DNA from: Macrostomum lignano
Lineage: Eukaryota
Length of the DNA stretch: 36,677 bases
Reading direction: 5' to 3'
NCBI GenBank assembly: GCA_002269645.1
Contig: NIVC01004732.1
Coordinates: 1 to 36,677, forward strand
The notes beneath the pieces are model-generated. The model was not told the origin of the DNA. It worked only from the letters and a program-made list of their open reading frames with translations, and did not search any database. This document shows positions 11,866 through 21,658 of the stretch, in pieces. The stretch's first letter is position 1, and every line of letters begins with the position of its first letter. A program made the position numbers and the translations under genes.

Positions 11866-12114
11866 CATACATGCACAACCCCCCTGATTTACACTGGCCA
11901 TGCAACTTACTTCTTGACCAAAAATGCAACTTACCTATAAAAGAAACCCTAATGCAATTTTGGGTAAACAGCAGGAGTAACTATAACTGTCTTATAAGGG
12001 CTAAATGCCTCATTATCTAATTAGTACATCTATTTAGGCTGGGCATTTTTGCGACTTACCATTGGTCCACCAAAATTTACAGTGGCCAGGTCGGCCAGCA
12101 GTTGCGCATGTATG
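11866..12114. mobile_element. hAT-type MITE (249 bp) carrying a 28S rDNA fragment
   Basis: 14-bp TIR CATACATGCACAAC / GTTGCGCATGTATG (13/14 match) and 8-bp TSD ATTATATA (11858-11865, 12115-12122). Subterminal repeats are GC(A/G)ACTTAC x3 and TTTACA(C/G)TGGCCA x2. Confidence 0.85.
11962..12025 (+). pseudogene. Decayed 28S rRNA fragment spanning the R2 retrotransposon / I-PpoI target site
   Basis: 52/64 ungapped identity to the conserved eukaryotic LSU sequence as recalled, GGGTAAACGGCGGGAGTAACTATGACTCTCTTAAGGTAGCCAAATGCCTCGTCATCTAATTAGT. Confidence 0.88.
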
Positions 12115-12382
12115 ATTATATATTATATAAGATAAAAAAATTTTCCTATCTCTATTTAATATGTTTTCTTTCTAGAAAATTGTCTTTGAAAATTATATTA
12201 TCTAAAGATATTGCATTTTATTTTAACAACTAGAAATATGTATAACAAAATTATTCTAATAAATCATAGAAACAAAAATTAAAAGCAAAACATTGTTGAC
12301 AAAGTAGAAAAGAAAGTTTTTCAGTGCAATTTAAATATGATTATACAAAAAACTATCTTTAAATAAGTTTAATGGAAATATA

Positions 12383-12564
12383 TAGTAGCGCAACCAGAAA
12401 TTTTTCAAGGGGGGGGCGGATTCGGAGGGTAAAGTCCCAGGAGGGGGGCGGCGAAGGGGTGGCTCTGTTTTTGGCAAAAATTCGCTTGGTCCCCCCTTTG
12501 ATTTTTTTTGGTCCCCTGCCTAAGGGGGGCGACCACCCCCCCCCCTCCCCTGGTTGCGCCACTG
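12383..12564. mobile_element. hAT-type MITE (182 bp)
   Basis: 15-bp TIR TAGTAGCGCAACCAG / CTGGTTGCGCCACTG (13/15) and perfect 8-bp TSD GAAATATA (12375-12382, 12565-12572). Subterminal G/C runs are present. Confidence 0.9.
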
Positions 12565-13123
12565 GAAATATAAGTAATAATAACAAAGTGACTCTTAAAG
12601 TGACCCCGTGGTACATTTTTGCTGGACCCTTGATGCATGTCCATATATTTTCAAAGGTTTATTCCAATAGGTCAATTCACACATAGAGCCAAATTTAAAT
12701 GGATAGCATTGCATCTTCAAATGAAACAGCCCTAAAATTTATTAAATCATTAATTTGCTAAAACATTATAATACTTTGCCTAAGAAATATTTGCTAATAT
12801 ATTATTTTGCCAAAAATCATATAGCTAAAAAATCTACTTGAAAAGTTAAACTTAGAGAGTATAGTTTAAGTTATTAACAATCTTCTATATGTAGCTTTTG
12901 ATTGCACATAGTTAATTTGTTAGATTTTTATAGGAAAATAATGTTTAAAGCAAGAAAAATCCAACCTAAAAGCTGACTATTAAGCCTATGATGGTAGCAT
13001 CACCTTTGAGTTTAACATCAAAGCCTTCAAGCCATTGCTTGACCTTAACCCTTAACTCTTTTTGATGCTTGATCTACCCACAATTCCTTATTAACTCTAG
13101 ACATCTGAGCAATCCCCATGAGC

Positions 13124-14776
13124 CATAGCATTTCAGCAATTCCCTTCTGTGAGCCTTGAAATCCCAGCAATTCTCTCTATAAATCATAGCATTTCAGCAA
13201 TTCCCTTCTGTGAGCCTTGAAATCCCAGCAATTCTCTCTATACATCATAGCACTTCAGCAATTCCCTTCTGTGAGCCTTGAAATCCCAACAATTCTCTCT
13301 ATAAATCATAGCATTTCAGCAATTCCCTTCTGTGAGCCTCCCTATTGGAATAAATGTTAAAAACCCGCGGACGCGCGCTTTAGAAAAGAGTCAAACTATT
13401 TTACCGCGCTTTAGGATTATTAGAGATGTTCCGAAAGATCTGCAGTTTCGTCGAAATCAAAATTCGCTAACTTTCCAAAATCAAAATCAAAATTTCCCGA
13501 AATCAAATTCAGAAAAACAAAGTTTAGTATGATCAACACTCACTTTTTTACTTTCAATTTACTGCTTAAGCAAAAAGAAATACATGTATATGTAGTAGAA
13601 AGTAGTTTATTTTTAGCGACTTTTTAGACACTACCAAAATTTTCACTTCTAAATTTTATTTCGAAATTGAAATTCGCTCTAAAAAATTTCAAATTTTGGA
13701 AAATTGAAATTGAATTTTCGGAACATCTCTAAGCTTAATAAATTACGAGTGTATAAGCCCCTTCAACAGAGGTATTATACCCATTTCCATGTATATGTAT
13801 TTGCTAGAGCAGCAGCCAGTAAGAAAGGGCAGCGCACGCAGGCGCTGCGCCTGTGCGCGCGCTGCGCTTTAGAAAAATTTCAAAAGTGCGCCGGACACCG
13901 TCCGCGGTTTTACAACTTTTTCCTATAGGGGTGAGCCTTGAAATCCCAACAATTCTCTCTATAAATCATAGCATTTCAGCAATTCCCTTCTGTGAGCCTT
14001 GAAATCCCAACAATTCTCTCTATACATCATAGCATTTCAGCAATTCCCTTCTGTGAGCCTTGAAATCCCAACAATTCTCTCTATAAATCATAGCATTTCA
14101 GCAATTCCCTTCTGTGAGCCTTGAAATCCCAACAATTCTCTCTATAAATCATAGCATTTCAGCAATTCCCTTCTGTGAGCCTTGAAATCCCAACAATTCT
14201 CTCTATAAATCATAGCATTTCAGCAATTCCCTTCTGTGAGCCTTGAAATCCCAACAATTCTCTCTATACATCATAGCATTTCAGCAATTCCCTTCTGTGA
14301 GCCTTGAAATCCCAACAATTCTCTCTATACATCATAGCATTTCAGCAATTCCCTTCTGTGAGCCTTGAAATCCCAACAATTCTCTCTATAAATCATAGCA
14401 TTTCAGCAATTCCCTTCTGTGAGCCTTGAAATCCCAACAATTCTCTCTATAAATCATAGCATTTCAGCAATTCCCTTCTGTGAGCCTTGAAATCCCAACA
14501 ATTCTCTCTATAAATCATAGCATTTCAGCAATTCCCTTCTGTGAGCCTTGAAATCCCAACAATTCTCTCTATAAATCATAGCATTTCAGCAATTCCCTTC
14601 TGTGAGCCTTGAAATCCCAACAATTCTCTCTATACATCATAGCACTTCAGCAATTCCCTTCTGTGAGCCTTGAAATCCCAACAATTCTCTCTATACATCA
14701 TAGCATTTCAGCAATTCCCTTCTGTGAGCCTTGAAATCCCAACAATTCTCTCTATAAATCATAGCACTTCAGCAAT
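13124..14776. repeat. 61-bp minisatellite (~17 copies), split by a MITE
   Basis: Unit ATAAATCATAGCATTTCAGCAATTCCCTTCTGTGAGCCTTGAAATCCCAACAATTCTCTCT. About 3.5 copies lie before 13340 and about 14 after 13930. Confidence 0.97.
13340..13930. mobile_element. Non-autonomous DNA transposon (591 bp) inserted in the 61-bp array
   Basis: Imperfect TIR CCCTATTGGAA...CCGCGGACG / CGTCCGCGG...TTCCTATAGGG and perfect 8-bp TSD GTGAGCCT (13332-13339, 13931-13938). Confidence 0.9.
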
Positions 14777-14937
14777 CCTCTCAAGAGTCTACATTTAGAA
14801 AAAATAGGGAGATATAGATACAGATACGGATATAAGATAACTTCGAAACCCTACTTATGAATGTTAGTTGCCCTAGGCATCATTAGTTAAAAAGAACTAT
14901 TATTATGAAGTCTTTTCTCTCATGCAAGAGCAACAAA

Positions 14938-15042
14938 ATGTCGAAAGCAGCTACAAGGCGGCGTGGTCCAAAGCAGAGGACGCAGAGATACACTAGCAAT
15001 GTGTTCAGCATGTTCACCGAACAGTCAGTGCAGGAGTTCAAG
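14938..15042 (+). CDS. MRLC: Myosin II regulatory light chain, coding exon 1
   Basis: MSKAATRRRGPKQRTQRYTSNVFSMFTEQSVQEFK followed by a GT donor at 15043 (phase 0). Contains the RxTSNVF phospho-motif of non-muscle/smooth-type RLCs. Confidence 0.93.
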
Positions 15043-15389
15043 GTAGAATTGTTTAACAAGCAATCTTGCACTGCATCTGTGCCTCTCTGTGCCCCATCAC
15101 CTGCCACCACGCACTCACTGTGACAGTTGGCACTGGAATCCTTTACAATTATCGTCCGCATTGTTCGGCTGAAATTGCTTAGCTTTCTAATATAAGCAGG
15201 CCAGTGGACGGAAGTCGTAAAGGGTTCTATCGCTGTCTTAGCATCGTGTCCCACCTTTTCACTATCTAAGCGACCCGGATTTTAATGCTGTCTTTGTACA
15301 AATATTTTTGTTGTCATTATTTGTTGTTTTCGTTGTTTAGAGTTGAATTTTGTATGGCAGCTGCTGGTCAATAAATATCTACTATCGCA

Positions 15390-15805
15390 GATTGAGAATA
15401 GAGATTCCATTATTGTATATTAGGGATAGAAATCCAATTATAGAGGATTAGGGATAGAAATCCTATTATAGAGGATTAGGAATAGAGATTCCACTGTTGA
15501 GGATTAGAGATAAAAATCCCATTATAGAGGATTAAGGATAGAAATCCCATTGTTGAGGATTAAGGATCGGAATCCCATTGTTGAGGATTAGGGATAGAAA
15601 TCTCATTATTGAGGATTAGGAATAGAGATTCTATTATAGAGGATTAGGGATAGAAATCTCATTATTGAAGATTAGTGATAGAAATTCCATTGTTGAGGAT
15701 AAGGGGTAGAAATCTCAATATTGAGGATTAGAGGTAGAGATCCCATTTCTGAGGATTTGGAATAGAGATTCCATTATAGAGGATTAGAGATAGAAATCCC
15801 ATTAG
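15390..15805. repeat. 28-bp intronic minisatellite (~15 degenerate copies)
   Basis: Unit ~AGAGGATTAGGGATAGAAATCCCATTAT, containing the internal hairpin GGGAT-AGAA-ATCCC. Confidence 0.92.
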
Positions 15806-15904
15806 AGAATTAATGATATAGATACATTGGTCAAAAGGTGTGGGATCTAGATATCGAAGGTCTATCTCCAATAAAATATTTGCTCCCTACCCGTAATCGC
15901 CCAG

Positions 15905-16324
15905 GAGGCATTCAACATGATCGACACGAACAAGGACGGCGTGATCGACAGCGAGGATCTGTCCGAGATGCTGGTCTCTCTCGGCCGCGACGAAGCCGGC
16001 CTGCAGCCATACGTGGAAAGAATGCTGGCGGAGGCCCCTGGCCCCATCAATTTCACCATGTTCCTCACTCTGTTCGGCGAGAAAATGTCCGGCAGCGACC
16101 CGGAGGAGACAATTCGAAATGCGTTTGCTTGCTTCGATCCGGAAGGAACTGGCGTCATCTCCGAGGAGCAGCTGCGCGAGATGCTCACCACTATGGGCGA
16201 CAGGTGGACTGACGAGCAGGTCGACGAACTGCTGCACGGCGCCCCGGTTCGCGACGGCCGATTCGACTATGCCGAGTTTGCGCGCACGATCAAGCACGGC
16301 AAGAAGGAGGAGGGCTATAATTAG
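15905..16324 (+). CDS. MRLC: Myosin II regulatory light chain, coding exon 2 (spliced protein 174 aa)
   Basis: CCAG acceptor at 15901-15904, then [19 protein letters not shown] (EF-hand loop)...[18 protein letters not shown]...FDYAEF..IKHG, ending at a TAG stop. Confidence 0.95.
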   Translation, partial: EAFNMIDTNKDGVIDSEDLSEMLVSLGRDEAGLQPYVERMLAEAPGPINFTMFLTLFGEKMSGSDPEETIRNAFACFDPEGTGVISEEQLREMLTTMGDRWTDEQVDELLHGAPVRDGRFDYAEFARTIKHGKKEEGYN

Positions 16325-16362
16325 GCTAATGCCGATGACAATTGTAGGCTGAGTCTTTATCC

Positions 16363-16836
16363 GTTGCCATGGTTACACAATACTTGATTTAGTAATTATA
16401 TTTTTGTCAGTAAACATAGCATAAGCATGACGCATGTTATTAATTTCTCATTAGGCTAAGCCCATATATGCGCAACCTTGGGCCAATCACCCAGCCATTG
16501 GCTGAGAGCAGTCACGTGACTATTCTGTCCAATAGCGACTTACATGTGTGTGTTGCCAATAGAAACGTCCGGGTGATTGCGCCCAAGCATGTAAGGCTAT
16601 ACAATAAAATTTATTGAATATTTATTAAACTTTCATGTACTGGCAAGCTGCTTTACAAAATAAAAATGAAGAGAAACCGAAATTACTTTCGATTTGTCCG
16701 AACAATTCATCTCCTCAAATGTTTCAATGAAGCATACTCGTAGCAACCACCAACCATGTTTGTTTAAAGTGCTTGGCAGTTGCTGTGGTTGTGATGGTTA
16801 AACAATAATAAGTATTGCTTTGTTGCTATTGGCAAC
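16363..16836. promoter_or_regulatory. Cluster of three palindromic RFX X-box-like sites with an E-box and CCAAT boxes
   Basis: GTTGCCATGGTTAC 16363-16376, GTTGCCAATAGAAAC 16552-16566, GTTGCTATTGGCAAC 16822-16836. GTCACGTGAC 16511-16520 and CCAAT at 16483, 16529 and 16556. Confidence 0.55.
16477..16587. repeat. Short inverted repeat, possibly a degenerate MITE
   Basis: CTTGGGCCAATCACCCAG (16477-16494) versus CCGGGTGATTGCGCCCAAG (16569-16587). No clear TSD. Confidence 0.45.
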
Positions 16837-17792
16837 ACGATGCTGACGTTGTAAACTTGCACTTTTGCCGTGAAATTTTCTACACTAACGTACTACTATG
16901 AATAGTAGTATTTAGTTTTTTATAAGAAGTTAATATCACATTAATTGTAACCTCTTAAATCGGTATTCTATCTTTTTCATTTTAACAAATAAAGTATTGT
17001 ATTTTTCAGTAAAAACTGTTTATAACCCTTATGCAGTAGTAACTGAGTTACGTCTAGGCTTGTGTGTGTCAATTAAAATTAATCTATCATTATTTGCATG
17101 CAGTTTGCGGTGAGCGTACAGACAGGGCAGATCCACTCCATTCCGGATGTTGGCAATTCCGCTTTATTGTCTCCATTTCTCTATTACTGTTTGCCTAATT
17201 TTGTTTAAAAATCGAATTCCGTTTTTTCCTAAAATTTTCGCAATTTTTGCATCGATTTTTTAAATATTATTTTTTTTAGAGAGTTCTCACTACTTGCAGT
17301 AGTTTTAATTAGCTAGCTTTTGTTTTAGAAAAATAAAATGCACAGTATTTTTTCTCTGTGTCAATTTTAAGTGTTTATTTGGCTTAAGCTTTCTGTTGGC
17401 TGTATTGTCGAGTGCAATCATGGGAATTTTATAGTGCTGTACCGTATTTTAATAATTGCAATCCCTGCTTGCCATTCCATCCTTCCTGTTTTTGGAGGTC
17501 TGGTATGTGTTAGTTGGTACACTATTGATTGACCATCTAATTCTGATTGAATAATTAATAAGTCAAAGCGTGACTCTTATATTTTAGTTCGCCAAAAAGT
17601 ATTTCTTGTTGTCATTTATTTCTGTATGAACTTAATAGGAAGGGCTTGTGAGCATAGTCTGCAGCTGAACTTCTATAGTAGTATTTTCTGGCACCCTGGC
17701 CCAACGCCTTCAACGACATTGTCTTGCAACCAGCGCTGACGGCAATTCTGCTCATTGCGCTGACACCTGAGCACATACAAGCGTGCCAATAC

Positions 17793-18357
17793 TGTTGAGA
17801 GTCGCAATGTCACTATTCTTGTTGAGAATCGCAATGTCACTATTCTTGTTGAGAATCGCAATGTCACTATTCTTGTTGAGAATCGCAATGTCACTATTCT
17901 TGTTGAGAATCGCAATGTCACTATTCTTGTTGAGAATCGCAATGTCACTATTCTTGTTGAGAATCGCAATGTCACTATTCTTGTTGAGAATCGCAATGTC
18001 ACTATTCTTGTTGAGAATCGCAATGTCACTGTCTTGTTAAGAATCGCAATGTCACTCTCTTGTTAAGAATCGCAATGTCACTATTCTTGTTAAGAATCGC
18101 AATGTCACTTTTTTGTTAAGAATCGCAATGTCACTTTTTTGTTAAGAATCACAATGTCACTCTCTTGTTAAGAATCGCAATGTCACTCTCTTGTGAAGAA
18201 TCACAATGTCACTATTCCTGTTAAGAATCGCAATGTCACTCTCTTTTAAAGAATCGCAATGTCACTCTCTTTTTAAGAATCGCAATGTAACTCTCTTGTT
18301 AAGAATCGCAATGGCACTCTGTTGTTAAGAATCGCAATGGCACTGTCTTGTTAAGAA
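17793..18357. repeat. 27-bp minisatellite (~21 copies)
   Basis: Unit GAGAATCGCAATGTCACTATTCTTGTT, homogeneous at the left and degenerating to the right. Confidence 0.97.
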
Positions 18358-18943
18358 CAGCAAAACGAAAAAGTTGTTGTTATTGTAGAAATAATTTTTG
18401 AGGTTGCATCGCAGACTTAAAAGGATAAGGTTGTTGCATTCAAATTAGGAAAGAAAACGATTTGCTTAGGTCATAAATTCTCAAAAATAAACTAAATACG
18501 AAACTCCCTTATCGATAGCCAAAAGGGATTTTTGTTTACGTTAACACTGCTCATATTTGGCTACTCACGTTGCACTTTCATTCATTGAGCGTCTCAGGAG
18601 ATGTTGTTGTGCACTAGAATTTTCCTTTAACTCGATAGGCGTGCGGATGCAGATCTTATACGCAATTCTTTGCCACCTGTCAGGTCGGCTGTCCCTTGTT
18701 GCATTAATTTGTGCGGTTTTCCACTAGCTCTGCTTGTTTAACCGCGCCGCGTCCCTGCCCTGTAATCTGCAGACGGATACAATCGCTGCCTTTCCTAGGC
18801 CGCATCGGGCTGTGATGCATGACGTCAGCGGCTTGATATTCTCTACCGGCCTCTTCTTCTCAATTAGTATGTTGCGGATGGGCCATTCTCTCGTCAGGAT
18901 CACATGATACCCTGCTTGACCTATGATTTCACCTGTGAAAATT

Positions 18944-19125
18944 GTCCGTGTATCTGTCTGCCTGTCTGTGTATTAGTGTCTGTCTGTCTGTATCTGTCTG
19001 TCTGTATCTGTCTGTCTGTATCTGTGTGTCTGTCAGTTTGTCTGTCTGTCTGTCTGTCTTAGTGTCTGTCTGTCTGTCTGTCTTAGTGTCTGTCTGTCCG
19101 TCCGTCTATCTTCTGCTTGTCTAAA
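18944..19125. repeat. Degenerate (CTGT)n microsatellite
   Basis: Repeated TCTG units with TTAGTG interruptions. Confidence 0.9.
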
Positions 19126-20244
19126 TGTTTTCCAACATGTCTGCCTGTCTCTGTCACTGTAGGGGTCATTCTTGGCTCCCTGTCCAGCCTTTGAAAGTGT
19201 CTGTCTGCCCTTTTAACGTCCTTAGCCGTATTTCCCTGTGCATGCAATTAACAGGGCTTAATTGAAACGTAGGCGCGGTAAAAGCAAGCGGTAGCTTCCC
19301 AAATTCGCACCTCAAAAGGCTATCGATTGATCTTAACTTTTACGCTAATAACATAGGAATGAGTACTTCGTCAAAGTTTTTTAACAGCTTTTAAGCCGAA
19401 CTTGGGACAGAAATGGGGTTTCGGGTTTTAAAAAATTCTTTCAAGTCTCGGACTGAATGTGAATTGTCTGTCGGAATAAATGCTTCTTTGTTACTCTGAT
19501 GCTTCTTTGTTCGTTGCTTGGGCTGGCCATTAAAGAATTCCCTATTGTCTCCATTGTCAGAGTTCACACGCTTCTATACAATACGATATTACTCTTATTA
19601 CTGGTAAATAGATGGCTGTAAGCTGGTTACCTTCCATTTATGGTCAGTAATGAAGCAATTTCGCTTAGAAAAAAGTTTAATTGCGATAATTAGGATCGGC
19701 TAGAGAGGCAGTCCATCTTGTTCTCATTTACTCCCCGTGCCCTATAGCTGAGCACGTGACTCCTTATCTCTGAATTCAAAGGCAAAAGTAGAATCTCTCT
19801 TTCCCGCTCTCAATCCCCACCTTTCATTTATCATTGGCTTGGGCGCCTGTCGCAGTGTGTCTCACTGTTGCACACGGAGCCGCCGTGTCTCTCTTCCTAT
19901 TAACTCTATCTGTAGAGACGGGCCCCGCAGCTTCACTATATATACTGTTCGACACGGCCTCGCTTCATCCGCCTCCTCTCTTTTTGTAAAACGAGCGGCT
20001 TCAGTCTCCCTGCAGCCCCACCCCATCTCTTGGGCCATTTTAAAGCTCTCGGCGCGGCTTCTGCTCATCTGCTTGTGACTTTCTGGCTTTCGTCTTCTCT
20101 TTCTGTTTCTAGCTAATTTTACTCGCGTTGTCTGGCTTCGCTTGCTTTGCTGCGGACGGTATTTTTAGGTGAGACAGAAAAATGTCCTGTGTCGCTTAGG
20201 GGCTAAGCTGCTGTGTGATTTATATCCTATTGCTGATCCTGACC

Positions 20245-20930
20245 TGGTCTGTGTGTCTGTCTGTTTGTCTGTCTGTCTTTTTGTTTGTTTGTCTCTGCTT
20301 TTGTCTGTCTGTCTGTCTGTCTTAGTGTCTGCTTGCCTGTCTGTCTCTCTGTCTGCTGTCTATCTTAGTGTCTGTCTTTTCGTTTTTGTCTGTCTGTCTC
20401 TCTGTCTGTCTCTCTGTCTGTCTGTCTGTCTTTTTGTTTGTTTGTTTGTTTGTCTGTCTGTCTGTCTGTCTGTCTTAATATCTGACTTAGTGTCTGTCTG
20501 TCCGTCTGACTTAGTGTCTGTCTGTCTGTGTCTGACTTAGTGTCTGTCTGTCCGACTGTCTTAGTGTCTGTCTGTCCGTCTGACTTTGTGTCTGCCTGTC
20601 CGACTGTCTTAGTGTCTGTCTGTCCGTCTGACTTAGTGTCTGTCTGTCCGACTGTCTTAGTGTCTGTCTGTCCGACTGTCTTAGTGTCTGTCTGTCCGTC
20701 TGACTTTGTGTCTGTCTGTCCGTCTGACTTTGTGTCTGCCTGTCCGACTGTCTTAGTGTCTGTCTGTCCGTCTGTCTTAGTGTCTGTCTGTCCGACTGTC
20801 TTAGTGTCTGTCTGTCCGTCTGACTTTGTGTCTGTCTGTCCGTCTGACTTTGTGTCTGCCTGTCCGACTGTCTTAGTGTCTGCCTGTCCGACTGTCTTAG
20901 TGTCTGTCTGTCTGTCTGTGTCTGCCGTCT
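20245..20930. repeat. (CTGT)n-derived array with 24-bp higher-order units
   Basis: Simple TCTG repeat to ~20480, then units such as TCTGACTTAGTGTCTGTCTGTCCG / ACTGTCTTAGTGTCTGTCTGTCCG. Confidence 0.93.
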
Positions 20931-21271
20931 GTGTCTATCCATGTTTATTTGCCTCGTTTCCTGTCATGTAAAAATCTGTCAAATTCATAACAAATTTTGT
21001 TTCATTCTGTTTGAAGGCCATCCGAGTCCCCACATAGTATTTTGTCTAATTGATACAATCGTATTGAAAATAGTAATATGCCGCTTTTAGGACAATATAG
21101 ACCAGTAAACAGTAGACTAGAGAAGGGACAATATCAGCTTTGAAAAGCTTATTCGGCGCGGCGCAGCACCTTGGCAGATGGGATTTGCGCCACGCCTAGG
21201 AAGAATAGAAGTGCCTGGATTTTTCAGCTCATTTCCTTAGTAGATTATTGCAATTGTTGCCAGCATGCATG

Positions 21272-21540
21272 GAGATTGGGATTTCAATAACTGGGGAATA
21301 TGAATTGAGATTGGAATTTCAATAACTGGGGAATCTGTATTGAGATTGCAATTTCAATATCTGGGGAATCTGAATTGAGATTGGAATTTCAATAACTGGG
21401 GAATCTAAATTGAGATTGGGATTTCAATATCTGGGGAATGTGAATTGAGATTGGGATTTCAATAACTGGGGAATTTGGATTGGGATATCTGAGGAATCTT
21501 ATTTGGGATATCTGGGGAATCTGAATTGGGATATCTGGGG
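21272..21540. repeat. 35-bp minisatellite (~6 full copies plus degenerate tail)
   Basis: Unit ~GAGATTGGGATTTCAATAACTGGGGAATCTGAATT. Confidence 0.9.
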
Positions 21541-21658
21541 ATTATTTTACTTGGAATCAACACACCCTGAACACAGCAATTGATGCAATTATCGCTGATT
21601 TGAACTCTTTCAAGCGGACTCCGGTGGTCAGTAATCCAGCTACTGTAGCCAATCGCCA

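Noticed and set aside
13124-14776. CRISPR-like appearance of the 61-, 27-, 28- and 34-bp arrays
   Set aside because: Units are contiguous with no unique spacers, there are no cas genes, and the context is eukaryotic.
15862-16297. Minus-strand ORFs overlapping MRLC (likewise 21640-21921, 23085-23459, 27537-27968, 34897-35597)
   Set aside because: These are shadow frames of GC3-rich coding exons or of adjacent repeats.
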